NCBI GenBank assembly: GCA_000182565.2
Contig: KQ257450.1
DNA from: Spizellomyces punctatus DAOM BR117
Lineage: Eukaryota
Strand: one strand, 5' to 3'
DNA: 64,000 bases
A program made the position numbers and the translations under genes. The first letter of the stretch is position 1. The number at the start of each line of letters is the position of its first letter. The notes below the pieces were generated by a model. That model was given only the letters and a program-made list of their open reading frames with translations, did no database searches and was not told the DNA's origin. Shown here piece after piece: positions 48,979-62,422 of the stretch.

Positions 48979-49322
48979 CGAATGTCCGATCGTTTGTGGA
49001 TTGGGAGCGTGGAAATGTCTTTAGAGGCGTATCTTGTATATGGTCATTTTTTAATCTAATTTTGGGGGCAAGAGGGACGGAGGGACGGAGGGGGCGGGAT
49101 CGGCTCCTTCCACTGTAAATGACACACTTTGAAAACACGACATGCATTTGGCAAGTGGCATTGAACTGTGTTGGCAAGCAGGCGACAAGAAAAAACAAGA
49201 ATGCATCGCTAGTCTGGATCTAAACGCTGCCCGCTTCTATTGCAAACCCCTATCTGCCATCGCCTACAAATAAATTAAGTATGATGATGCTATATACACT
49301 TGTCACATTTACAATCTAGGTG

Positions 49323-50697
<1,375 letters not shown>

Positions 50698-50978
50698 GTT
50701 CGTCGGCCGTACCAGTGATGGCTGTACCCGTAATGGCCGTCGAAAACTGTTGGAAATGAAAAACAAAAACCAGCTGGGCGATCCTGCTTATCAAGAAGCC
50801 ATTCCAATAGTGGTTCTATCCGGTTGCAGTTTTATGACTTTGCCACCAGTCATCTCCTTGGTGATTTATCCTTCCATCCATCATTGGCAAGCCGGTAATT
50901 TTTCGCCTGAAAGCCATCTCGACAAGGTGGAACTTTTCTCGATCCCGGTCTTGCCCCATTCCTAGCACATTACACGAA

Positions 50979-52023
50979 ATGGCGTCGAGGCTCGTTTTCA
51001 GCAGGAATGCTCAGGTCTTGAGACAGACCTTGGCTCCCAGCGTGTCCCGGCAAATTGCCGCTGGCGTCGCTGCTGCCCGTCTTCAACAGCGTGCGGAACT
51101 CGCAACCGCTCCTCAGCGGCCTGACCCCAAAGTTGCTGCCGAGTCTCTTATCAAGCTTTTCCCTGGTGACAACTTGGCCGCGAAATCTGGATCCGTTCTC
51201 GTCGGTGCTTCCATTGCCGCTTTCCTCATCTCCAAGGAGATTTACCTCGTCGACGCTGAAGTCTTTGAAATGGCTTGTATCTTTGGCGCGTACTACCTGT
51301 GGTTCAGCGGTGGCAAGGACGGTGCCGTAGAATACTTTAACGACAAGAAGGCTGTATGTAGTGTGGATTTGCCCTGGAGACACGTGTGACTGGAATTCTG
51401 AATATTTCTGTGGGTTATAGACCATCAAGCGCGTGCTTGAGCAGGCTCGTAGCGATCACAAGGCTGTTGTGCAGGAGCGTATTCAGCACATTGGCAAGAT
51501 GTCAGACATTGTCGATGTAACCAACGGCTTGTTCGAGATGTCAAAGGTGCGGGCGGCATATGGTCGGTGTATTTCACGTGGAGTGTAAATTGACAGGGGG
51601 CATTCTTGTTATAAAGGAAATCGCCAAGCTCGAGGCTGAGGCTTACGAGCTGAAGCAAAAGGTCAACTTCACCTCCCAGGTGAAGAGTGTTCTTGACTCT
51701 TGGGTTCGCCACGAGGCTTCGGTTCGGGAGTCTCAGCAAAAGCAATTGACTGGTGCCGTCATTCAACGGGTGAAGGACGCCTTGGCTAACGACAAAGTGG
51801 TATGTATCATGACGCATTGAGGTCATGCTCCGTGGGCTACGTTTCTTTTCAAGGCCACGTCTTTGACACACGTCCAATTTTTCACCAGCAAACCGACATT
51901 CTCAAACAATCCCTGGCTGAAATCGAAAGTAAGTTGGCTTGTTCGGGACGCAGGTTTCCAGTGGACGTTGCTGATATTATTCGTTATATCATAGGGCTCG
52001 CTGCTACCCCCAAGGCGCGCTAA
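50979..52023 (+). CDS. ATP4: Mitochondrial ATP synthase subunit b (subunit 4)
   Basis: Presequence; DPKVAAESLI..FPG, ISKEIY, KEIAKLEAEAYEL, VKSVLDSWVRHE. Confidence 0.94.
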
Positions 52024-52329
52024 GTTAATTGGAGCTAGGATACCAGTCATGTTAGATTTATGATCTATCTCAAAAATTAAACTTACACATGTGGGTGGTC
52101 GCCCGAACAAAGTGTGCACCTCATAACATCGGACTCTTTTGCGTTTTCTGATGAGGTGGATGCCACCTCCAAATGGGGAGCAATGTCGTGCGGGGCAGAA
52201 GCCAAAACTTATACGGGACATGCAGGGACGAGAATGATATGCAAAAGTGTACATTGAATTCGTCGAGATGTATACAGCCTACTACGCCATGATCTAAAAG
52301 GCCTCCCTAAGGATACTCCCAAAATCTAT

Positions 52330-52831
52330 CTACTCGGAGAGCTTGGCCAGGATCTCAGAGTCTCGGTACAGGAAGTATTCCTGGTCTCCCACTTTCACCG
52401 AGTTTCCACCGTAAGGAGGAAGCAATATACGCTCGCCTTCCTTTACAGCAACAGGGCGAACGACACCGTCCTATCAATGCAGATCAACGTTAGATCACAC
52501 TGTAAACAGAATCCGTCTAAATTTCATGGGACTTACCTTGTCGGGCGCTCCAGGTCCAACGGCCACCACCACGGCCTCGTTCAGTGTCTCTTGGCTCTTC
52601 TCAGGAATGTAGAGACCAGAAGCGGTGCGCTATAAAAAAGTAGGTGTTAACAGCGAAAAATGCATGAACTTTGTTGACAATCTGTACATACCTCAGCTGC
52701 CTTGACCCGCTGGACGAGGACCCGGTCAAAGAGAGGAATGATACGCTTAACTGCTCCAGAAACAGACTTGAGGCATGTAAGACATTTTCCGTTAAATTTC
52801 AAAGGTCAAACTACAGATGCCAGCTTACCAT
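52330..52831 (-). CDS. HSP10: Mitochondrial co-chaperonin Hsp10, 4 exons (first coding exon is the ATG alone)
   Basis: M|SVSGAVKRIIPLFDRVLVQRVKAAE|RTASGLYIPEKSQETLNEAVVVAVGPG...|...LLPPYGGNSVKVGDQEYFLYRDSEILAKLSE*. Not in the ORF track. Confidence 0.95.
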
Positions 52832-53549
52832 GGTGGGCGATTTGAAGAGTGAAGGTGAGATCTGAGGAACACTAATGGAAACTGTTGGAACTTCTTGATC
52901 TTGCGCTTTGCCTCCGACGTTGTTGCTAGGCAATGGTATGAGTCATGCTTACATTATCCATCGACGTGCATCGGACGTCGTTTGACTTGCAAGCATGAAC
53001 TGTTCAAGACAAGGATCTTGTTGGTATTTCCAATCTTTTTTGAAATTGTAGATGGAGATGAAAGTAATATTATTGGAACATTCACCTACCGAAGCCGTTT
53101 TGAATGTTACTGGGAAAAGGTTGGTAGCTACGATATGGTGTACCAGAGCTGAGGCGTGCAAGATCTTTGCCGTCTGCCTCTTCTCCTCAGCGTAGCTGTA
53201 GAGTATTGTAAGGATACGCAAAGCTGTAGAGAGGGCATGTCATCAGTAAAAGGTTGGAACAATTGACTCGACCTTCAAAATACAATGATGCATACCGTTT
53301 TCAACACTTGCGACCGACTACCTTGTGCTATTCCTGACCAGACTCTAGATATCTGGAATGGGGCATTATGAAAATGCCAGGAGATCTGGGAGAAGACTGT
53401 GTAGTTCAACTAAATGGCCATTGTATTGCTATTGCCTTGCTTTGGAAATGTTCAATTCGACAAGGTCCTTGGAGAGGTTGAAAGAGCACGTGAACAAGCC
53501 CTGACCAACTGCTGGTGGTGAAAAATCTGGAGATCTCTGCCTGATTTTC

Positions 53550-55961
53550 ATGCTTGCATTCCTCTATCCATCAAGGCAAAGCGTGATCTTGTTGGCCCGA
53601 AGGAAACGTCCCCATTTTGGTTTATCCCATTTCGTTGTCGCAAGAAGCCCCTCGAGCGGAACAAGAGATGCCCACCATCACACTCCAACCAAGCCGGCTT
53701 ACCTGGCAAAGGCCGTCCAGGGAGGAGACCTTGGAGGCGCTTTACGAGCCTTTTACGCCCTTCAACGCCAGAAATGTCTCCATCAAGTTGACCCCGCTAC
53801 CATCGATAAGCTGCTGGCGCTAATGAACGACAAGGGAGACAGTCAGATCTTATCCAAGTTTCAGAATGTGTCAAGGCATCTTCATGCATCCGGTTTGCGA
53901 CTTCGCGGTCTTGCCTACCTGCACTTGATACGGGCATATGCTTCCCGTAAAGTTGATGTAGGGTGGATACCGACTGTCCTAAAGGACATGGAAGCTGACA
54001 AACAAACACCGACAGTCGAGCACTTGACACTTTTGTTGGAGGCCGCTGCGACTGCTGGGGATGTGGCGACTTGTCGCATGGTGTATGGACAATTTCGACG
54101 AGCTTCTGGTCGTGTTCGCAACTCTATCCACGGGTTAATGGCTGCGACGTTGATTAAAGCTGGGCCTTTAGATGAAGCAAAGGCTTTTCTATCAAAGTTG
54201 GAGGAGTCCAAAGGACCTCTTGGAACTGCAGTGTTCAATACAGCCGTGCGACATTTACTTCATACTGGGTGTTTAAAGGAAGCTCTCGTGTTTATAAAAG
54301 AGTTTCCTCCTGACTCCATCAAGCACGGTTCAACGGATGGCAGAACAACAGCCTACGAGCTTTCCATGACTGTTTTTCAAAGAGCAGACGACTATGATGG
54401 TATCGCAAGCATTTTATCTCACATGCACGCTGCTGGATTGTTCCCGGGGCCTGGATTCCTGTATTCGCTTCTCTCGGGCCTGACCGAAAAAGCCAAGAAC
54501 CCGGCTGATGCAGAGATGAACCGGGCAGACACCGTGATTCAGCACCTGGAAAACTTTAATGCGCTGACGACATTGCCTGCATACAATATGGCTATAGCGT
54601 ACTATTCACAACGAGCCAAAGTCCACAAGGCAGAGGAGCTGCTCAAGGCTATGGTGGCCGCTGGACTGCAGCCAGACGTACGTTCCTTCATGCCTATTCT
54701 ATCGGCGTACGCCGATCAAGGCGCAGCTATACGAGCAGAAATGTGCATTAGTTCCATGCAGGAATCTGGGGTTACGCCAGATATTCCAGTGTACACTGCC
54801 CTCATCAAAGCGCACATGCGAGCATCTGACTTGAACGCAGCTTGGGATACCTTCAAGGAAATACGGGACCGTGGCCTTGTTCCAGACACGGCACTTTGGA
54901 CGTTGATGATGCGGGTTGTCAGCGAGTTGGATGCAGGTGACGCTGCGGACAAATGTGAGGATCTTCTTGCCCAGATGAAAAAGGAAGGCATCGCACCAAA
55001 CGAGCGTACGTTCGCCGCACTTATCAAAGCCTGTTCCAACCAGCCAGAGCGGGCACTTCAGCACCTGCGAGGAATGAAGGCCGATGGATTGTCGCCCAAC
55101 GTCTATTGCTTTGCTGCTCTTATCGAGGCCTACGTGATAGCGGGGAACGTGACAGCGGCCCTTGAGCACTTTGAAAACATGCTCTCGGAAGGGGTCCGTC
55201 CGAATGCCGTTATCTTCAACATCCTTCTTGGGGGGGCTAGTGCCAAGAGGGACCTAGTTGCACTCGATCAGCTGTACAAAGAAATGAGAGCTTCAAACGT
55301 GTCACCAGACAGTAGCACGGTGCTCCTTCTTATTCACACTTTTGCGAAACGGGCTCCTGATATGCATGCCGCTGAACAACTTTACAAGGAGTTTGTTATC
55401 AATGCGTCTGGTTCTCACATGAATTCCCAGGATGTGTATCATGCGATGATGAACGGATATGCCCAGCGAGGTGATGTGCGGGCTTGCCTGAACGTTCGTG
55501 ACCACATGCTTCAAGGAGGTTACACTGAGGACCGCATTACGCGCAATATCATTATGAATGCATATGGCCGTGCTGGTGAATGGAAGCAAGTGAAGGATTT
55601 ATGGGAGGTGACATTGCGCGAGGGTACCGTGGGACAAGACTCGGTTGTGGTCGCTCTTGATGTTGCTGGACGATATGGGACGGTCGAGGACGTTCGAATG
55701 GTCGTAGAGCAGTGCGCGGGCTTGGGATTTGCCTTTGGCGAGAATGCATACAATTCGTATTTGGAGGCACTGTGTCGTCACGAAAAATATGAAGACAGTA
55801 TCATGGTTTTATATGATATGGTCGGAATGGGTGTTGAGCCAACGATAAAGACGTATTGGACGATTGTCCAGCCGTTAACGGCGGCAAGAAGGATGTCGGA
55901 TGTGGAGCATGTTCGTGGGTTCCTGGAAAGACAGTATCCTCATGCTGTCCCCCGGGATTAA
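53550..55961 (+). CDS. Pentatricopeptide-repeat (PPR) protein, probably mitochondrial RNA-binding, single exon
   Basis: More than ten 35-aa repeats such as YTALIKAHMRASDLNAAWDTFKEIRDRGLVPD and FAALIEAYVIAGNVTAALEHFENMLSEGVRPN. Confidence 0.92.
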   Translation: MLAFLYPSRQSVILLARRKRPHFGLSHFVVARSPSSGTRDAHHHTPTKPAYLAKAVQGGDLGGALRAFYALQRQKCLHQVDPATIDKLLALMNDKGDSQILSKFQNVSRHLHASGLRLRGLAYLHLIRAYASRKVDVGWIPTVLKDMEADKQTPTVEHLTLLLEAAATAGDVATCRMVYGQFRRASGRVRNSIHGLMAATLIKAGPLDEAKAFLSKLEESKGPLGTAVFNTAVRHLLHTGCLKEALVFIKEFPPDSIKHGSTDGRTTAYELSMTVFQRADDYDGIASILSHMHAAGLFPGPGFLYSLLSGLTEKAKNPADAEMNRADTVIQHLENFNALTTLPAYNMAIAYYSQRAKVHKAEELLKAMVAAGLQPDVRSFMPILSAYADQGAAIRAEMCISSMQESGVTPDIPVYTALIKAHMRASDLNAAWDTFKEIRDRGLVPDTALWTLMMRVVSELDAGDAADKCEDLLAQMKKEGIAPNERTFAALIKACSNQPERALQHLRGMKADGLSPNVYCFAALIEAYVIAGNVTAALEHFENMLSEGVRPNAVIFNILLGGASAKRDLVALDQLYKEMRASNVSPDSSTVLLLIHTFAKRAPDMHAAEQLYKEFVINASGSHMNSQDVYHAMMNGYAQRGDVRACLNVRDHMLQGGYTEDRITRNIIMNAYGRAGEWKQVKDLWEVTLREGTVGQDSVVVALDVAGRYGTVEDVRMVVEQCAGLGFAFGENAYNSYLEALCRHEKYEDSIMVLYDMVGMGVEPTIKTYWTIVQPLTAARRMSDVEHVRGFLERQYPHAVPRD

Positions 55962-56099
55962 TAGTGGAATAGACAAAATCCCATATAGCTTATATTCCAT
56001 CCTGTCTCATTTTAATAAGTTATGTACAAATGGAGAATATCCAAAGAGAGCGAATTCCCATTATGCTCTACAAAAACGAAGAGAAATATGCGGACCCTA

Positions 56100-56895
56100 T
56101 CAACCTGGTGATGGGTTACTGCCTTGTCCCGTCACAATGTTATCTTGCGACTGCATTCGCATCCTCGCTTTGGCAAATAGTTCTTCTTGCATCGCCGCCG
56201 CTTCTTCCGAGTTCAAAATTGCTTTATCCAATTTATTTGATCGTTTTTCTCGATCCTGCGTGGACTATCAGAACCCATCATAACCGGACTACTCAAGGCA
56301 GAGTGTCCCACCTTTGTCTGTTTCATGTGATCCTCATATACGTCCTTGCATTCTTGAATATACTCTTCGAATCCCAGCGACTGTATTTATGTGATCTATA
56401 AGCGTGGGTGCACCAAGCCAACGGGCATCCTCCAGAAACGCTCCTACCTGCAATGCTGCAAGCACATGTTCCCCAGCTATTGTCTTTTTTGCTTCCTTTT
56501 CACAGATCTCGTTCGCTTGAAGAGAGGTACACGGGTTACACTTTTATAGGGATCGAAATAGATATATTCAAAGACGTGATCTTACCTTCTGACGAGATCA
56601 AATGGATGAATTCTAGGGAGGAAAAGACGTTAGATAACCAATACACTGATAGAAACGATTCTTCCAAAACATTACCAACACAGCAATCTGCAATGACATC
56701 GCGCGCCTCTTTGGCGCACGCTATATCTGAAGGCATCATCTCTTGTATGAGTTTCGTTACGGTCGCTGTAAAAGTTTGCCGGCACTGGTGAGCAAATAGT
56801 ACAGCAATGTCCAAAATTGCCAAGCCAAACGTACCCTTTGGAAGCGACAAATCTTCTTCTGGGGCTCCAGACCCAACATCGTAGTCCTCCTCCAT
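56100..56895 (-). CDS. NCB2: Negative cofactor 2 beta subunit (Dr1)
   Basis: DLSLPK|ATVTKLIQEMMP..ACAKEARDVIADCCV|EFIHLISSE|ANEICEKEAKKTIAGEHV; QEELFAKAR. Confidence 0.95.
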
Positions 56896-56958
56896 CTCGG
56901 TTAATTTGCAGTAGATGTGTGTCCAGCCATTCTCCTTTCCAAAGCGGAGTCCTCGGTG

Positions 56959-56985
56959 CACGTGATGTTCTGTTGCTTTGGCAAC
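56959..56985. promoter_or_regulatory. E-box CACGTGA plus RFX X-box GTTGCTTTGGCAAC in the NCB2/APTX bidirectional promoter
   Basis: CACGTG at 56959-56964; near-palindromic X-box at 56972-56985. Confidence 0.55.
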
Positions 56986-57058
56986 AAGCGGAAGGCGCAG
57001 CACCGTACTTGCAAGACGTTCAACTTTTGGTCTTTCCATTTCGTTTTTTTTTTGGCAA

Positions 57059-58365
57059 ATGCTCACCAGTTGCTCGCTGAGAGGAGCGATACACCGCAAC
57101 CTGCGACGTCACATCCTTTTATCATTGGACGTCCAATCATTTACCACAACTGCAGCGGTCGCTCGCCAGGAAAACGCCAAAAAACGACGCAAGTACGAAG
57201 ACCTCAGGGTACCGACACCAGAGGAGGAACTGCTTGGCCCACAGCGGTGGCGAGACCCGTTTGCTGAACCATTGCCACCTCACCCACTGGCATTAAAGTA
57301 TCCTCCACCAACAAGACTTTCTACTAGACACGGCACTAAGCGTCCTAAATATGAGCCACATACGAACGTTCAACCTCCACTAGAGCCATGGAAAGCTCCT
57401 ATATCCGGAACAAAGGTTGCTACGGAAGCGAAAGCGGAGACGTCTACCACATCACAAATCGATTCAGCTGATAAAGATGAATCCCAAGCGTCCTCCCCAT
57501 CCTGGAAAGACGCCCTAAAACGGATTTGCCAGTCACCGGAATCTTTCAACTCGGATGTTGTAAAACACTACGACGATCGTACGGTGACAATCGCGGACCT
57601 TTTTCCAAAGGTAAGACCGGAACTTGCGGTGTCTGGGACTTGAAGGAGTACCTCGATAATCCAACAATTGTGCATAGGCAAAATGTCACTTTCTGGTTAT
57701 GCCTCGTCAGATCATCAACGACTTTGAGGATCTGACATTGGAGCATTTAACTGTGTTGGACGATTTGCGAGAACGCGCCGAGCAACTGATTGCCAGGTGG
57801 TAATCTCTCTTTTCGTTCCATGGAGGAGGTCTTTTTCAGCTCATACTGACATTATACCCACATGCAGTCACCATGAACAGGATCCATCGTTGACATTCAA
57901 ATGCGGGTTTCATGCATTGCCCAGCATGAGGTAAGGCACCAGATTACAGCGTCAAAAAGCAAATAGAGCGATATGCTGATGGTACATGGATTTTATAGAC
58001 AACTTCATCTACATGTCATCAGCACCGATTTCTGTTCACCAAACATGTTTAAATCTGGCCAGCGTAAGCACTGGAATTCGTATAATACGAGCTTTTTCGT
58101 CCCTTTGGAAACTTTGCGGGAAAGACTAGAAAAAGAGGGTAGAATACAAGTGAGTATGGACTGGTTTTGTTGATGGTGCGGCTTGTCGATTTCCTTAACG
58201 TCCCTCTCGCCTTTGTTGCAGTTTGATGTTTTACAGAATATGAAGAAGCTACAGTCCAAAATCCTATGTAACGTCTGCCAGGCACAAGCCAGAGATATGC
58301 GAGAGTTGAAGGTTCACCTATCCACGAGACATTGGAAACAAGCGGATATGGATTGGATGAAGTAG
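57059..58365 (+). CDS. APTX: Aprataxin (HIT + zinc finger DNA/RNA deadenylase) with long N-terminal extension
   Basis: WKDALK, IADLFPK|AKCHFLVMPR, GFHALPSM|RQLHLHVISTDF, KHWNSYNTSFF, C-terminal CNVC...LKVHLSTRH. Confidence 0.9.
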
Positions 58366-58574
58366 AATATTGGAGAGAACACTTTTGTACATAGCATTGT
58401 GGGGTACGCGGGGGAAACAATGATAAACATTGAAGAAAACCTGTAATTACGCTAACTAAATCTGAACACGCTATCACACTACGGCAAAAAAAAACCTTCA
58501 TTCCATAGCAATTCACACACAGAGCAGCATTGCTCTCAGAAAGAAAAGGGAAAATCAATCAATATGTACATGGC

Positions 58575-59572
58575 TCAGAACGAGTCGCGGGAGAAGCTGG
58601 GATCTGGAAGGGTAGTTCGTTGGTAAGATTATGCGTATAATCGACATCCAAAAGTTAAAAGTCTTACCTTGGATAAACGGACCCAAAATCTGGAAAAGAA
58701 ACAAACATCTTTATAAAAGGGATTATAAGCAGCAATGAATTCAACTTTATACCTTTGAGCCGGTTTGCAAAAGTGGGTGACCTAAGGCAATGAGTCACAG
58801 CTTAGTTGGGATTCATAGCTGAGTCCATTAGCATCATATCCGCTCACCAGCAACTCTGTAAATGTCATCAATGAGTAAAAGAAGATCACAGCAGCTAGAC
58901 TTGAGAGTAACTCACATTTGCAAAAATCGCTCAAGCCCTTGTCGCCTTTGCTCAATCACCTCGTCAGAAAATCGGTTGTTGAAATATACTTTTGGTGGAA
59001 GTGGAGGAATATTCACTCTACCAGATCCACGATTCAGGCCCGGTACAGACCACCCGCAGTTCCACTAAAAGCTATCTTACCTCGTGCTTTCTCTCTCCAG
59101 CGCATCCCGAAACCACTCAAAATCGCTAAATCGTCGACGGACCACGGATTTTTTCAATTTGAAAGCGGGAATGTTTGTCTAAACGATCAATTTCACAACT
59201 CAGATGAGTTTCCATTCCTGCGTTTCGTAGACAAAACTCGTCGGTACCAACATTGCAAATAACTTCATAATCGACATATTTGTTGCGGCCCGTGCCGTGA
59301 AATTGTGGGTTGGTAATTTCAATTTCAAGAAAGTTTTCTGGAATTCCATATCGCTCTTCTGCAGTCTGTCAAGCAATCGAGAAGGGTGGTGTCAAACTTA
59401 GCAAAACCCTATCATGTCGTTATATGCTGACACGAGGTAGTTTACCTGCTCCCGAAAATCTACCCTCGTACTATCTGAAACCTGAGATGTTCAACAAGAG
59501 GTATCATGACAAGGTTACCTCACACAACTCACCGTACGGCCGTATGAAAGGGTTCACACTACTGCTTGACAT
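58575..59572 (-). CDS. SNX3: Sorting nexin-3 (PX domain), about 9 exons including an 8-nt micro-exon
   Basis: Spliced: ...[22 protein letters not shown]...[51 protein letters not shown]...[39 protein letters not shown]. Absent from the ORF track. Confidence 0.95.
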
Positions 59573-60070
59573 GGCAGGGTCTATGGGATGCTCTTACTAT
59601 AGATTGCTATGAATCGGCCACACAAATGTAAAGCTTAAAAAATGAAAACTTGGACAAATGCTGGTTGATGTAAATTGTTTTGGCTGCGTAGGGAAAGCTT
59701 ATCGAAGGCTTCAAAGCACGCGACATATGGCTTTGATCATGTGATAAGCTAAACCTAGTTGCCATGCCAACGCATGACTCCTTGGGAGCTGAGATCGAGA
59801 GCGACTTGCAACCTCCCTTTGAGCACAATTAGGGCGGATCTTGGCAGTTTTTGCAATGTGAGTAACTAGGCGCATGTGAGATGGGGACGCACTATGGTGG
59901 GTCGTGAGTGGCCGTTACTTGCCCAGAAATATCACGGACATTGCGACATGGTTTCTGGAGATGGTTGGAGATCTCCTGGCAGTGGTGAACGAATGACCTC
60001 TGGAAGATGTGAACCACATGCGCCAACACCCGCTAATCGCATGTCTTTTTCTTGATCTGCTTACAGAAAG

Positions 60071-61177
60071 ATGGCTGACGAAGAATTAGCTCTGCAAACT
60101 GGTGGGCACGATGAGGAGGACGCGGGACTGGGCGGCGGTACAGAAGAGGACATGGATCAGGTAGGCTTTTTCCAATCCCCGAGTCCAAGTTATGGTAGAA
60201 TGTGACGGTGATGATAGTACCGCTGGTGGACGCTGGGTTACATGGAAGGAGTGGACGTTCGACTGGGTCTTGGGATAGCCAAACACTCGTGGACGTGACA
60301 GTCGGAGACGATGATATTGACATGCGGCGCTTTTCTCTTCCTTTAGGAGGTAGAGGCGATGAAGCAACGTATTAAGGAGATGGAAGCAGAGGCGCAAAAA
60401 CTCCGAGAGATGCAGGCCCAGGTGGAGAAGGAGATGCACATGTCTACCAACGGTGAAGGTAGCGTTTGCCCACGATGAGCGCGGTTTCTTGTGAGCGTCG
60501 TTAAAAAATTCTTTCAGGAGATGCAGACAGTAAAGAAGAGGTGGATTCCCGATCCATTTACATTGGAAATGTGAGTGTAAACACTTTTACCGTGTCAGCT
60601 TGCCAGTTGCAGAATCGTGAGCTCCCTTTTGTCAGGTGGACTATAGCTCTACACCTGAAGAAATTCAAGCACACTTTCAATCGTGTGGCACAATCAATCG
60701 GGTAACGATCCTATGTGACAAGTGGACAGGTCATCCCAAAGGGTACGCTTTGATGTTTAGACAGTCCATGTAAACATGCTGATCAATTTTGCATTTGACA
60801 GTTATGCGTATGTGGAATTTGCGGATCCATCGATTGTAGCAAATGCATTGGTGCTCAACGACTCCCTATTTAAAGGAAGATTGATCAAGGTGAGTCCCAT
60901 TTCGCTCTCGAATATCGAGTGTCGACAAATGATACTGATACGATGAGGTGCATTAGGTCAGTGCAAAGCGCACCAACCTTCCGGGTATGAACGCACGCGG
61001 TAGAGGGCGTGGACGAGGCGGATACAGAGGATACCGTGGAGGCGGGTATGCGGGTTACAGAGGAAGGCCACCGTTCAGGTTCGTATTACGAGTTGCATTC
61101 CTGAAGCGCGCAGTTGCCATGGCTCATAGCAATTTCATTCTTGCAGGTCGCGCCGTGGGCATTTTGCTCCATACTGA
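60071..61177 (+). CDS. PABPN1: Nuclear poly(A)-binding protein 2 (PABPN1/Pab2)
   Basis: [70 protein letters not shown]-rich tail ending HFAPY*. Confidence 0.95.
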
Positions 61178-62422
61178 GACATTTTGGGGCGCTTTTGTGA
61201 AAGATATGTTGCCAGTTGCAACTGTGCATCTTTCGGGGAAAATGTTGGATGGTAATAATACTGCTGGATGTGAATTTTCGTGCGTACAAAAGAATATGAG
61301 ATATTATATCTTTTACAAGTTTTTTTATTATGCATACAATACAGTAACTGAAGACTTGGGGCTTTGTACTAGTCCAAGAAAGTTATTGTTATTTATCTCC
61401 AATGGAAACACTTTAGCGATGGTATCTGAAGCTCTTTTGATTTCACTACATAATGTAGACATTGCAAACTGAGGGGCTCAGGCGAGAAACATCTGAAGCG
61501 TTCGGGTTCGCAACATGCATCATTCAACTGCATTAAGCTCTGCCCTCCCGATATCCCAACCAACACCATCTAAAAACCTGTTGCGATTATGTGAACCGGT
61601 CATGTGATCTTCATCGTGGCACAGCAGTCGCGAAACAACGACGTTGTTTGCAAGGCCCTTCGACCATCACCCACCCATCGTTCGCCGAATCCGTCAACGA
61701 AAATGGTAAGCCCATCAGCAACCGATACAAGCCTCTCTGCAAATCTCTCTTCTGCGTTCTAACCCAATTTCCACGTATCGCAATAGTCTGCACTCTTTCA
61801 CTTTCAATCCTTACTTCTCGTCATCCTCCTAACCATCTGCACATGCACCTATATTCGAGCTCAATTCCCTTCAATACTGGATAAGAACAAGACTGGGGTA
61901 CTTGGTCTGTTTTGGAAGGCTGCAAGGATAGGTATGTTCACACTGGATTTGAGTTTGCGGTACACGTTGTTGAGTAAGGAACCGTAAAATGAACGTGGTC
62001 ATACTAACTGTTTGCTCTGGGGTTTTCAAGGTGAAAGACTGAGTCCCTACGTCTCAATATGTTGTGTTGTAATGGGGTTGAGATTATTATTTAGCAATTG
62101 ATTCAGATATTGGATTGCTGCGAGGATTGTAAATATAATGGGTTGAGCTGAAAATATGGGTTTTGGCCAGCTTTTGGATCTGCCCCATATTGATTGAAGT
62201 TTTCAGACGGCGGCATGGATGAATCTACAACTGCAATATTTTCTAGAATGAATTCGAAGCTAGTATCAATACAATTTCCCAAACCTAAATACACATACGG
62301 ACATTATTCCCCGCAGCAAGCCGGAGCTGACCCATGCACAGCTAATCCTATCTCAACATTTCCAGCATATAGGATCTATGGTATTCGATATACAATTGCA
62401 CTGTATTGGTTAAACAAAACAC

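Noticed and set aside
52832..53549. Possible small spliced gene between HSP10 and the PPR gene, or a head-to-head HSP60
   Set aside because: Splice-like signals exist but no assembly gave a recognisable protein; no HSP60 is present.
61178..62422. 1.2-kb convergent gap between PABPN1 and VAP as an ncRNA or tRNA locus
   Set aside because: No cloverleaf, A/B boxes or snRNA motifs seen; long 3' UTRs explain it.
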